From positions 2,332-66,331 of the IMG/VR virus record IMGVR_UViG_3300029305_003036: a stretch of DNA of 64,000 nt. The stretch is one strand, 5' to 3'. Source of the stretch: a virus. How positions within the stretch are numbered: the stretch's first letter is position 1; the number at the start of each line of letters is the position of its first letter. The position numbers and the translations under genes were made by a program. This document shows, piece after piece, positions 1-9,095 of the stretch. The notes beneath the pieces were generated by a model. It made no database searches and was not told where the DNA came from. It was given only the letters and a program-made list of their open reading frames with translations.

Positions 1-2
1 CG

Positions 3-2060
3 GAAGATATTTCAATGCCTTCTCCACATACATACACTTACAAATATGAAGGGGAAGATAAATTTTATATACCTGATGTATTTATACATTCATTAGATTT
101 AGAAATAGAAATAAAAGATGGAGGAGATAATCCTAATAATCATTATAAGATACAAGCTATTGATAAACACAAAGAGGCTTTAAAAGATGAAGTTATGTGT
201 TCTCAAAAAGCATTTCATTATATTAAAATAACTAACAAAAACTATGAAAATTTCTTTGATTTTTTAAAAGAAGCTAAGAAGGCTTTTGAGAAATATGAAG
301 ATGAAAGTAAGATACCTAGAATATTTAAAATAGAAGATATTAAAGGTGCAGGAGTTGTTAAGGAATCTGTTGAAGTTATTGAAGAAGGATTGATTGATAA
401 ATCTATTAGTTTATTTACAGGATTAGGTAAACATAAATCTCATAGAGAACTTGATCATATATTATCAATAAATTACGACCTTGTTAAAAATAATCCGGAA
501 GAACTTAAAAACTTCTTACAAAGATTAGCTAATTCCGTACATTCTATTGACGATGTTGAATACGTAAGACATTTAAATAAGAAATCAAGAGACCATTGTC
601 AATTAATGATAAAACGTATGCCTGAAACTAAAGATCCATATAAAGAATATTATAATTGGATTATAGAAGGTGGAGTCGAAAAGGACCTAAAAGCAAGATG
701 TAAAGATAAAAAAATAAAAGAAAGTTTTGAACCGGTTGAAGAAAATTTATTATTCTCAAAAGATAATATTGAATTTAATATAGAAAAATTCGGTAAAGAG
801 TATAATACTCTGTATATAACTGGTTTAGGTGGATCTGGTAAAAGTACTATAATAAAAGAATATGCTACCAAATATAAAGCTGAAGCCCTTGAATTTGATG
901 CTGTAACTTCAGCATTAATAAAAGGTTTAGAGAATTTAAATAGAGATAAAATTCATCCGATAATATTAGAATATCTAGAAACACAAAATCCAGATAGATT
1001 AAATGGATTTGGAGATCCTAAATTTATATCAGAATCAGTTAAGTTCTTAGACTGGTTTGAAGCTAAAGTTGCAAATGATGACAAACTTTATATACTAGAA
1101 GGTATGCAAATATTCATATGCTTTGAACCTGAAAGATTCACTGGTAGACCTATGGTGATTATGGGAACTTCAGTTGCTAAATCTATGTATAGAAGTAATC
1201 TTAGAGTGCGTAGTGAAGGCGACATTATAAAGACATTTAAATTCTTCTTAAAAACATTACAACGTACAAATATATTTATTAAAAATGACAAGCAAATTAA
1301 TAATCTTATAAATACTTTAGAAGAATCTTATATAATAGATAGGATGGAAGAATCTTCTATAAGTATACCTCAAATGTCAATGTACCTTCAAAACGAATAT
1401 GAAGAAGAGATGCGAAATTATTTAAATACTTATAAAAAATATTATAATTTAATGTTAAAAGAACAACCAAGCGCTGTAGAACATATAAATGAAGATATTA
1501 AGAAATGTTTAATAGTTATAGATGGATTAGCTGAAAAAGGTGTTGAAAATAATTTAGTTCAATTTGCTAAAGATGATTTAGGTGAGATAGTTAAAGCCTC
1601 TAAGAAAGGTAAACCGGTTAAAGTTTATGAAATGGTAGAGGATTTAGTAAATATAGATGATTCCACTAACGATATTAATTCGATAACTGTTCAAGGTGAC
1701 AATGTTAGTATCTCTAATATAATTGAATGTAAAATAGTTTATAACATAAATAGTAATCAATTATTTACGCTAAGAGATATTGAAAGTAAACTTATAATAG
1801 AAGAAAGTTATGTAGTCCAAAGAGATAAAATAGGCACACATTGCTCAGTAACACCATACTATCAAGATATTGAAATGGAAAACGTAATAGAGTTTACATT
1901 ACTTTTAGATAAAAATATTAACATAGACGATTTATCTAAACTTAATAACGGTGTTAATATAGCTAACTTATATAAGATTAATGATAATAAATATAATTTT
2001 ATTAAAGAATCTTGTTTAAAATTATTCGGAGTTTATCCTAAAGAAATAAAATTTAAATAG
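3..2060 (+). CDS. Multidomain protein (5'-partial): PD-(D/E)xK nuclease domain, P-loop kinase-like domain and other modules; possible virion polyprotein
   Basis: Frame is open to the window edge; FYIPDVF..LEIEIK nuclease motif; YITGLGGSGKST Walker A and YILEG; modules separated by xxE-S/G clusters. Confidence 0.6.
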   Translation, partial: EDISMPSPHTYTYKYEGEDKFYIPDVFIHSLDLEIEIKDGGDNPNNHYKIQAIDKHKEALKDEVMCSQKAFHYIKITNKNYENFFDFLKEAKKAFEKYEDESKIPRIFKIEDIKGAGVVKESVEVIEEGLIDKSISLFTGLGKHKSHRELDHILSINYDLVKNNPEELKNFLQRLANSVHSIDDVEYVRHLNKKSRDHCQLMIKRMPETKDPYKEYYNWIIEGGVEKDLKARCKDKKIKESFEPVEENLLFSKDNIEFNIEKFGKEYNTLYITGLGGSGKSTIIKEYATKYKAEALEFDAVTSALIKGLENLNRDKIHPIILEYLETQNPDRLNGFGDPKFISESVKFLDWFEAKVANDDKLYILEGMQIFICFEPERFTGRPMVIMGTSVAKSMYRSNLRVRSEGDIIKTFKFFLKTLQRTNIFIKNDKQINNLINTLEESYIIDRMEESSISIPQMSMYLQNEYEEEMRNYLNTYKKYYNLMLKEQPSAVEHINEDIKKCLIVIDGLAEKGVENNLVQFAKDDLGEIVKASKKGKPVKVYEMVEDLVNIDDSTNDINSITVQGDNVSISNIIECKIVYNINSNQLFTLRDIESKLIIEESYVVQRDKIGTHCSVTPYYQDIEMENVIEFTLLLDKNINIDDLSKLNNGVNIANLYKINDNKYNFIKESCLKLFGVYPKEIKFK

Positions 2061-2071
2061 GAGGTGTTTGT

Positions 2072-2905
2072 ATGCAAGAATTTAATACAGAAATACTTGA
2101 AACTATGAAAAACCAAGTTGGTAAAATAAAAAGTGTTTATGAAGTGTGTGAATTTTGTAAAAAAGGTAATCAAATAGCTAATGAGGAATATCTTAAAAAA
2201 TATCCAACACATAAAGATTTACTTTCTATAATAGAACGTGCGGTTACCATATTAGAATCAAATATAATATATGAATATAATGAAAGTATAGTAGAAAATG
2301 TTTTAACTGATATAGAGTTTATTATAGGTCAAAATGTTTTAACTGAATCACATATACAACGATTATTATTGTGTCCAATGAGATTACAAGAGTTTCCTAT
2401 ATTCAAAAAAAGAATGGACAATATTAACGATAGATTGAATGAATTATATAATTGTGAATCTAGTAGATTCTATTATAGATACGATGAATTAAAAGCTAAT
2501 TTACCATTTAATTATCAACAAGTTAATTCTTATTTAAGATATAATAAAGTTGGTCTTGAAGAAGAACTCATCGATAATGATTATAATGGTGATTATGTTA
2601 TTGAACACGTAGAAGTTCATTTTAATCCAGATTCTATTAATAAAATAAATGAAGCTTATCCTCAATTAGAACATATTAATATCATCGATAAATTTAGACT
2701 AGAACAACATGGTTTAAAACCTATAAAAGAAGGTTATAATCAATTTATCCATTATAAGAATGGAAAGCAATATAATATTTATAAATCAAATGGAAAATAT
2801 TACATGATAACTGAATCACGTAAAGGATTTAAATCGTATAAAATAACAATTAATGACAAACCTGTAAATATAACATTAGAATCATTATATAATGGAAGGA
2901 AGTGA
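2072..2905 (+). CDS. Hypothetical protein, possibly virion head-associated
   Basis: AGGAGG RBS; recurrent ILES/LTES/ITES/TLES motifs. Confidence 0.5.
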   Translation: MQEFNTEILETMKNQVGKIKSVYEVCEFCKKGNQIANEEYLKKYPTHKDLLSIIERAVTILESNIIYEYNESIVENVLTDIEFIIGQNVLTESHIQRLLLCPMRLQEFPIFKKRMDNINDRLNELYNCESSRFYYRYDELKANLPFNYQQVNSYLRYNKVGLEEELIDNDYNGDYVIEHVEVHFNPDSINKINEAYPQLEHINIIDKFRLEQHGLKPIKEGYNQFIHYKNGKQYNIYKSNGKYYMITESRKGFKSYKITINDKPVNITLESLYNGRK

Positions 2906-2910
2906 TTTGA

Positions 2911-3813
2911 TTGAGAAACATTTATGATATATTAAATGAACGACAAGAAGATATGTTGGATATGGAATATGAAGGAATTCAAGAAGGATATGATGAGGTT
3001 ATATTATTAGATAAAACAATTTGCGTTACACTTGAAGAATTAGTTTATAACAATCCAGAAAAGAAAAAACTTTCAGTTTTAATGGAAGAAGTAGAAGCAA
3101 ATGAATCGAATAAAACTAATAATATAATAAACAAACTTAAAGAACAAATGCAAAAAGTATTACAATGGTTAACGAATATGTTTAAACATTATGAAAAAGC
3201 ATTTGCAGAAGGTGCTGATTTTGTTAAAAATAATGATTTAAATCAATGTATGAATAGATTAAAAAGTAAGAATATACAAGATACTGTAAATTATCATCCA
3301 TTTAAATCTCCTTTTAAACATATGAAAACTATTTGTATGAGAGGTATAAAAATAGATAACTTCGTAACTAAAAGAGCTTATAACGGTGCTAACGATGCTA
3401 CTGGGGAATGGGCTGATGATAATCTTTCATCAGGAGATAAAACTGAAAACTATCTTGAAGGTTTACTTAAGAAATTTAAATTTGATAAAGATAATTTAAA
3501 AGAGATGAGTTTAACAAAGGTTAATGTAATATTAATTATGAATAATCTTTCACAATTACCTGAAGCTAATAAAGAACTTGAAAGAATGAAAAGTAAAGTA
3601 CAAAGAATGTATAACGGGGCTATAAATGATATTAGACAAAGAGCTAATACTAACAATGATAAAAAGGCTTTAAATACTGGTAACGAATTAAGTTTTGTAA
3701 ATTCACAATTAAAGAAAATTAATGAACGAATTAGAGCTTATTCAAAAATCATGACAATGGTATTTAAAGAAGACTATAATTTAGCTAAACTTATAGTTTC
3801 CAAAGCTTCATAA
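2911..3813 (+). CDS. Internal head protein-like (NIYD family)
   Basis: N-terminal MRNIYDILNER shared with three other genes; acidic propeptide followed by amphipathic helix KLKEQMQKVLQWLTNMF. Confidence 0.55.
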   Translation: MRNIYDILNERQEDMLDMEYEGIQEGYDEVILLDKTICVTLEELVYNNPEKKKLSVLMEEVEANESNKTNNIINKLKEQMQKVLQWLTNMFKHYEKAFAEGADFVKNNDLNQCMNRLKSKNIQDTVNYHPFKSPFKHMKTICMRGIKIDNFVTKRAYNGANDATGEWADDNLSSGDKTENYLEGLLKKFKFDKDNLKEMSLTKVNVILIMNNLSQLPEANKELERMKSKVQRMYNGAINDIRQRANTNNDKKALNTGNELSFVNSQLKKINERIRAYSKIMTMVFKEDYNLAKLIVSKAS

Positions 3814-3845
3814 AATAAAGAAGAGAATATTCTCTTCTTTATTTT
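3812..3845. terminator. Perfect palindrome, intrinsic terminator
   Basis: AAAATAAAGAAGAGAAT|ATTCTCTTCTTTATTTT at the stop codon. Confidence 0.75.
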
Positions 3846-3895
3846 TTATTACCGTTAACAACTATATATATTATTTAACGGAGGTAGAAGTAAAA

Positions 3896-4327
3896 ATGAA
3901 ACGAATGGATTTTAGTTTAAAAGTGTTTATAACTCTATTTGTTTTATGTATATCAGGTATAGTATTTTCTACTATAGCAATAGATAAACAAATAGATTCA
4001 TATATAGAAGAAATGAAAACGGAAATACAAATAGTGAATAACAGTAATGATGATGTTATCATAAGCCGTGAAGATAATAACATAATAATAACTATAAATC
4101 CAATCGAGCAAACTGAAGATGAAAAAGAAGTAATCGAAGAAGAGACGGAAATGTATGGAATGGTTACTAGTATGTCAGGATTAAACATAAGACAAGAGCC
4201 TTCAGTAAATTCTAATAAAGTCGGTGTATTAGACTACGGAGTTAAAGTCCGAATATTAGAAGATTGTGGAGATTGGTATAGAACTGATAATGGATATATA
4301 TCTAAAGAATTCGTTATTAGAATTTAA
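3896..4327 (+). CDS. Membrane-anchored SH3b-domain protein
   Basis: N-terminal hydrophobic helix; LNIRQEPSVNSNKVGVL..GDWY..GYISKEFV. Confidence 0.8.
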   Translation: MKRMDFSLKVFITLFVLCISGIVFSTIAIDKQIDSYIEEMKTEIQIVNNSNDDVIISREDNNIIITINPIEQTEDEKEVIEEETEMYGMVTSMSGLNIRQEPSVNSNKVGVLDYGVKVRILEDCGDWYRTDNGYISKEFVIRI

Positions 4328-4351
4328 TCAGTTACATAACATTATTATAAA

Positions 4352-4384
4352 TGTAAAAAGGTGATAAAACGATGCTATATTATA
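4352..4384 (+). promoter_or_regulatory. Early-type promoter (divergent copy) preceded by a late motif at 4338-4349
   Basis: TGTAAAAAGGT...CTATATTATA. Confidence 0.55.
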
Positions 4385-4426
4385 TAGATGACATAGAATA
4401 AATTATCAATAAAGGAGTGTATAATT

Positions 4427-4531
4427 TTGGCATATGCATCTAATGGATTATCTATAATATTATTTGTCAGTTCTATGGTATCAATACCTATAGTAATATT
4501 AGCATTAATATTATATATAAATCTAAAATAG
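4427..4531 (+). CDS. 34-aa hydrophobic peptide (not in ORF track)
   Basis: AAGGAG RBS, TTG start; MAYASNGLSIILFVSSMVSIPIVILALILYINLK. Confidence 0.55.
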   Translation: MAYASNGLSIILFVSSMVSIPIVILALILYINLK

Positions 4532-4537
4532 CAAAAG

Positions 4538-4569
4538 TGTAAAACGTAGTATTTCAATACTATATTATA
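4538..4569 (+). promoter_or_regulatory. Early (virion RNAP) promoter
   Basis: TGTAAAACGTAGTATTTCAATACTATATTATA; motif recurs at 8566, 37648, 48074, 57593. Confidence 0.7.
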
Positions 4570-4646
4570 TTAGTGAATAGAAATATTAATATAGTATTTT
4601 CTATGATCCAAATAAAAAAATATATAATATTTAGGAGGTAACAAAT

Positions 4647-5285
4647 ATGAGTAATATGAATAATAATGTAGAAAGAAATACAATAGTAGGTGTAGGAGAA
4701 AATAGTTATATGCATAAGTGTTATATGGGGTCTTTAGCTAAAGTAACAGGATATGATATAATAGAATTCTTACAAGGATACATTAAAGGACTTCAAGGGG
4801 AAGTCGGTATGATATACAGTCAAGATCCAGAAACAAAAGAAGTGCAAGGTATGCTTGCAATTCCTTATAAAGCAAATAGTCAAAATAGACAACAAACTAA
4901 CGTGAATGGAATGATACCTATTCCAGGTATAAACAGTTCTAGAAATGGTAAAATAAACGAATCTGTGCTTAAGAGTATAGATAGAATAAAAATGAATGGA
5001 TATGGTCCATCATTATTATACAAAGAAGATGCAATATTATTCAGAATAGATTTTGGATTATTAATAGCTGAAATGATGAATGCTTCTAAAGGATACGCAG
5101 TTAGTATAGATGACATAAAAATGAATGGTATGAGTGATGTTGTTTGTATAGTATCTGTATTCAAATCTAAGAATGCAAACAATGTTAACAGAATGACAAG
5201 AGTATTACAAGGTCAACAAGGAAACTTTAGAAATAGACCTCAAAATCAACAACAGCCACAAAGATATAATGGTAATAGAAGATAG
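4647..5285 (+). CDS. Early hypothetical protein with Q/N/R-rich C-terminal tail
   Basis: Strong RBS; follows an early promoter; hairpin after the stop. Confidence 0.7.
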   Translation: MSNMNNNVERNTIVGVGENSYMHKCYMGSLAKVTGYDIIEFLQGYIKGLQGEVGMIYSQDPETKEVQGMLAIPYKANSQNRQQTNVNGMIPIPGINSSRNGKINESVLKSIDRIKMNGYGPSLLYKEDAILFRIDFGLLIAEMMNASKGYAVSIDDIKMNGMSDVVCIVSVFKSKNANNVNRMTRVLQGQQGNFRNRPQNQQQPQRYNGNRR

Positions 5286-5344
5286 GTGAAAACCTATCTT
5301 CTATTTTTTATGATCCAAAAAAATAAATTAGGAGGTAATCTAAT

Positions 5345-5599
5345 ATGAATGAAAAACAATTACAAACTATAAAAGAAATTGAAAAAGAAATAGAAGTTGC
5401 AAAATCTGAAAATAAAACAAGAATTGAATCAAAGGTAAGAATATTTTGGACAGATAATTTTGAAGTTAAAACTTATTTTGAACATAAGAATATTTATGTG
5501 TATCCATGTATAGATTCAACATTAGATGGTCATTATATATTAGATTGGTCAGGCTGTTATAAAGTTGAACCATCAGATGATTATAGTTATGAAAAATAA
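5345..5599 (+). CDS. Hypothetical protein
   Basis: AGGAGG RBS. Confidence 0.65.
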   Translation: MNEKQLQTIKEIEKEIEVAKSENKTRIESKVRIFWTDNFEVKTYFEHKNIYVYPCIDSTLDGHYILDWSGCYKVEPSDDYSYEK

Positions 5600-5653
5600 A
5601 TAGTATAATAAATTAATAAAAGTAAAAAATATAAAAATAGGGGGATATATATT

Positions 5654-5908
5654 ATGATGAATGAAAATCAATTATTAGAAATGTTAGAAAATTTATTAAG
5701 TGACGATACCTTATTTAACGATGTTATGCGTAAACTAACTACATTAGATGAAGAAACTTTAATACGAATAAAAGCATATAGAAGAGAAATAGAAAAGATG
5801 TCAATAAAGAACGACAAAAATGTTAAATCTTGTATAAATAAAATAACAAAATTAGCAAAAATATATAATAAGGTTGATGAATTATTACAACAAAAAAATA
5901 ATAAGTAG
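5654..5908 (+). CDS. Hypothetical protein
   Basis: AGGGGG RBS. Confidence 0.6.
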   Translation: MMNENQLLEMLENLLSDDTLFNDVMRKLTTLDEETLIRIKAYRREIEKMSIKNDKNVKSCINKITKLAKIYNKVDELLQQKNNK

Positions 5909-5931
5909 CCTAGGCTACTTATTATTTTTTT
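5892..5931. terminator. 40-bp perfect palindrome, terminator
   Basis: AAAAAAATAATAAGTAGCCT|AGGCTACTTATTATTTTTTT overlapping the stop codon. Confidence 0.75.
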
Positions 5932-5949
5932 ACGTTCCTCAAGAATAAT

Positions 5950-6116
5950 AATTGTTATATTAAATTAAATTTCATAAAAACCTTATTATAAATTATCAAC
6001 ATAACAACAACTTCTTAAAGCAAAGCATTAAGAAATAAAACGAACCCTCTAAAGGGTGAGTGAAGAAGTTGTTAAAGTAAGAAAATGGAAAGGAAGATAC
6101 GTTCATTCACATGAAC
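5950..6116. ncRNA. Structured non-coding element, copy 1 (candidate ncRNA or cis DNA element)
   Basis: Aligns with 57400-57580; stem AACAACTTCTT/AAGAAGTTGTT; inner hairpin CGA-ACCCT-CTAA-AGGGT-GAG; 3' hairpin GTTCAT/ATGAAC. Confidence 0.6.
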
Positions 6117-6194
6117 AAAATTTCTACACTTATAGATTATTATTCATATAACAATTAAGTAAATACATAATATTCATCTTCTATTTTAAATATG

Positions 6195-6228
6195 ATATAT
6201 GGATATCCTTAAAGGATATCCATATATA
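6195..6228. terminator. Hairpin terminator
   Basis: ATATATGGATATCCTT..AAGGATATCCATATAT followed by T tract. Confidence 0.6.
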
Positions 6229-6281
6229 TTTTAATGATTATTATAACAAAAAAATAACTTGAAAAAATAAGGAGGATACTC

Positions 6282-6485
6282 ATGAATGATGAAAAAATTA
6301 AATTATTAATGGGATTATTTGGAGCTAACGACTTAGATGAATTAGAAGCTAGATGTCCTTTAAATATTCATAATTGGTTATATAATGAAATGGACAACGA
6401 TGAGTTTATAAACATGGTTATAATGATAGATGAATTTGATGATGAAAGAATATTTAGAGAATTAAAAGAGAGAGGTGAATTATAA
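6282..6485 (+). CDS. Hypothetical protein
   Basis: AAGGAGG RBS; late motif at 6245-6256. Confidence 0.65.
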   Translation: MNDEKIKLLMGLFGANDLDELEARCPLNIHNWLYNEMDNDEFINMVIMIDEFDDERIFRELKERGEL

Positions 6486-6859
6486 TGGCTAAAAAAGAAT
6501 TTAAAAGTGAAATAGTAGAACATATAGCAGTATTAAAAGAGAGTGAAAGATATCAGAAAGAAGTTCTAAGAATGATATGGAATGATAATCCTATTACAGT
6601 AGATATTAGATCAGTAGATAAACAAAATAACTTTGTAGGAAAAGGAATTTCATTATCAGATGAAGAATGTGATAAATTAGTTGATATTTTGTTAGATAGA
6701 GGATATGGAAGTATTGACAAAATAAAAGAAGTATTAGTTAAAAATATGAGAAGAACAAATACGGAAATAAAATCTTTTGAAGATTGTGAAGATTCTATAG
6801 ATTGTGTTTATATAGACGATGAAGGTTACACGGTTATAGATATACCAACGTATGATTAG
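6485..6859 (+). CDS. PC4/YdbC-family ssDNA-binding protein
   Basis: EIVEHIAVL..KEV..WNDNPITVDIR..GKGISLSDEE. Confidence 0.75.
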   Translation: MAKKEFKSEIVEHIAVLKESERYQKEVLRMIWNDNPITVDIRSVDKQNNFVGKGISLSDEECDKLVDILLDRGYGSIDKIKEVLVKNMRRTNTEIKSFEDCEDSIDCVYIDDEGYTVIDIPTYD

Positions 6860-6876
6860 AAGGAGGTGATATCACA

Positions 6877-7098
6877 TTGGACTCGGAAGATAGTAGGAGG
6901 CAGTATATATTTATAAAAATATTAACAATACTATTATTTATAGGTTATAAAATAAATATGAATAATATTTATATAATAAGTTCATCTTTTATAGTAGATA
7001 TTGTAAAAGATATACTATTTAAAGAAGGATACTATATTGAAAAGTATTGTAAGGGGGTGTATAAAATATATCCTATTTTATATGGAGAGAGGAAATGA
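6877..7098 (+). CDS. Hypothetical protein
   Basis: AGGAGG RBS, TTG start. Confidence 0.5.
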   Translation: MDSEDSRRQYIFIKILTILLFIGYKINMNNIYIISSSFIVDIVKDILFKEGYYIEKYCKGVYKIYPILYGERK

Positions 7099-7103
7099 TT
7101 TAA

Positions 7104-8222
7104 TTGCGTAGAAAATCTAGGATATTCAGAAAAGAGGTGTTTAATGTGACTGAACTCCATTTTAATATGTTTAAAATAAAATATTCTAAATTAGAAGAGT
7201 TATTAGAAGATTTTACGTTTACAAAAGGTGAAGAAGTTTATATTTATATAAATTTAGAATCTGTATTGAAAAAATTATCTTCTACAATAGCAGATAAACA
7301 AAATATAATTAATCCTAAGAAAAGGAATATAGTTTTAACTTCTTGTGTATTTAACTTAATATCACATTATAGATATTATTTTCATAAAAAATCAGTATGT
7401 AGTAGAATATTTGTCTATGGTCCTGAAGCTATAGATACTAACTATTTAAATAGGGAGTATAATAAAGATTATAGAATGAAATCTGTAATTATGAATACAG
7501 AAGAAACTTCATCTATAGCTAAAACGTATGAAGATAGTGTTAAAATGATAAAAACTATTTTGAATTATATTGAAGGAGTTAACTTTATAACAAGTGGAAT
7601 AATAGAACCGAGTGTAATCCCTCTAGTAATAAGTAAACATTTTAGAACAGAGATAAACAAGAATTTCCTGATAACTGATGACAGGTATGATTACCAATAT
7701 ATAAAAGAATATTTTATAATTCTTAAACCTAGAATGGATAAATCATTATTAATAGATTCTCTGAATGTCATGGATGTTCTAAAATCAAGAACTAAATGTA
7801 ATAATATTCCTAATCCTGATATAAACTTCTTACCATTTATAATTTCGATATTAGGAGATAAATATAGAAATATAGATAAGATAAAAGGATTAGGAATATC
7901 TAGAATTTATAATAAAATAAACGAAGGTTTAAAATCGAATATAATAACAAACGATATAGAAAATATAAATAGTTTAGCTTGTTTAGTAAGTGAAGAATTT
8001 CAGAATGACTTTTTAATCAATTATATGACAACAAGTATATTTGAACAATATAAGAAAATGTCAGATATGGAAGAAAAATATATTTTAAATCAAATTTTAG
8101 ATAAACATGATGGAGGATATTTAAAAGTAATCAATGAGGAGTATTTTAATGAATATCCTTTAAATATAATAGAAATAAATACAGGAATTAAAAAAAGAAA
8201 TTTAAAAATTAATTGGAGGTAG
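7104..8222 (+). CDS. 5'-3' exonuclease / T4 RNase H-like (FEN) protein, divergent
   Basis: H3TH-like ILGDKYRNIDKIKGLG; FLITDD; YIYINLES. Confidence 0.55.
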   Translation: MRRKSRIFRKEVFNVTELHFNMFKIKYSKLEELLEDFTFTKGEEVYIYINLESVLKKLSSTIADKQNIINPKKRNIVLTSCVFNLISHYRYYFHKKSVCSRIFVYGPEAIDTNYLNREYNKDYRMKSVIMNTEETSSIAKTYEDSVKMIKTILNYIEGVNFITSGIIEPSVIPLVISKHFRTEINKNFLITDDRYDYQYIKEYFIILKPRMDKSLLIDSLNVMDVLKSRTKCNNIPNPDINFLPFIISILGDKYRNIDKIKGLGISRIYNKINEGLKSNIITNDIENINSLACLVSEEFQNDFLINYMTTSIFEQYKKMSDMEEKYILNQILDKHDGGYLKVINEEYFNEYPLNIIEINTGIKKRNLKINWR

Positions 8223-8227
8223 TTATT

Positions 8228-8563
8228 ATGAAATCATTTAATAATATATTAGAAGTATTTGTGGAAAAATTTAATATAGAACATTTTGAAGATGATAGTA
8301 ATGTCGTATGGTATAAAGTAGATGATATTAAAAAGGTGATACCTATTAATATGGACTGGTATAAACATCTGTTTACAGTGAAAACTATAATGGAAGGAAA
8401 TGATGAATATAAATTTATAACCAAAGCAGCATTGATAATATTATTACAAAACACAGAAACCATATATGGAGAATATCTAAAACTATTAAGTCAACATGAC
8501 GCTATACAATTAAAGCTTGATATGTTAGAAGCAGAATTAAAGAAAGACCATACATTTAGATAA
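8228..8563 (+). CDS. Hypothetical protein, weakly Bro-N-like
   Basis: GGAGG RBS before ATG 8228; WYKVDDIKKVI..FITKAALIILL. Confidence 0.45.
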   Translation: MKSFNNILEVFVEKFNIEHFEDDSNVVWYKVDDIKKVIPINMDWYKHLFTVKTIMEGNDEYKFITKAALIILLQNTETIYGEYLKLLSQHDAIQLKLDMLEAELKKDHTFR

Positions 8564-8565
8564 AG

Positions 8566-8598
8566 TGTAAAAAGGTTATATTTCAATTATATATTATA
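8566..8598 (+). promoter_or_regulatory. Early promoter
   Basis: TGTAAAAAGGTTATATTTCAATTATATATTATA. Confidence 0.7.
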
Positions 8599-8633
8599 AT
8601 TGTGAATAAATAAAATTATTAGGAGGTAATTAT

Positions 8634-9029
8634 ATGAATAATATAACTAATTGGGCTAATTATAAGAAAGGTGAAGCTAGTTGTTATAGTTGGAAACTTG
8701 AAAGAGTTCAAGTTAAAATAACAGATGGTCATTTCATTAATAATTTTGTAGATCATGTGATATTTAACAATATTTCATTATTACATGATTTAGATAAAAT
8801 AATATTATTAGGAAATGGAAATCCTATAGCAATATATCCAAAGAATACAGATAAATTAAATGATGTTGTAACGTATTTAGAATCAATTAAGAATACGGAT
8901 ATAAACGTTGTAGTTTTATCATTAGGAGAAAATTCAGGATTATTTGTAAATGGTGATTTAATTGAAAGTGTGTTAGAAGAATTAAACGCTAAAACTAAAA
9001 TACAAGTTAGATATGTATTATCTGAATAA
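8634..9029 (+). CDS. Early hypothetical protein
   Basis: RBS; lies between an early promoter and a palindromic terminator. Confidence 0.7.
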   Translation: MNNITNWANYKKGEASCYSWKLERVQVKITDGHFINNFVDHVIFNNISLLHDLDKIILLGNGNPIAIYPKNTDKLNDVVTYLESIKNTDINVVVLSLGENSGLFVNGDLIESVLEELNAKTKIQVRYVLSE

Positions 9030-9057
9030 ATAATAGGAGACTAGTCTCCTATTATTT
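9028..9057. terminator. Perfect palindrome, terminator
   Basis: AAATAATAGGAGACT|AGTCTCCTATTATTT followed by T tract. Confidence 0.75.
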
Positions 9058-9095
9058 TTTTGTTAAAATACAATTTAATATAGGAGGTTGATATA

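Noticed and set aside
5945-5956. Minus-strand late promoter at the left edge of the duplicated element (ATTGTT in both copies)
   Set aside because: Neither copy has TA at the required N6 spacing
6085-6114. Mini-ORF MERKIRSFT inside element copy 1
   Set aside because: ATG is ACG in copy 2 and there is no RBS
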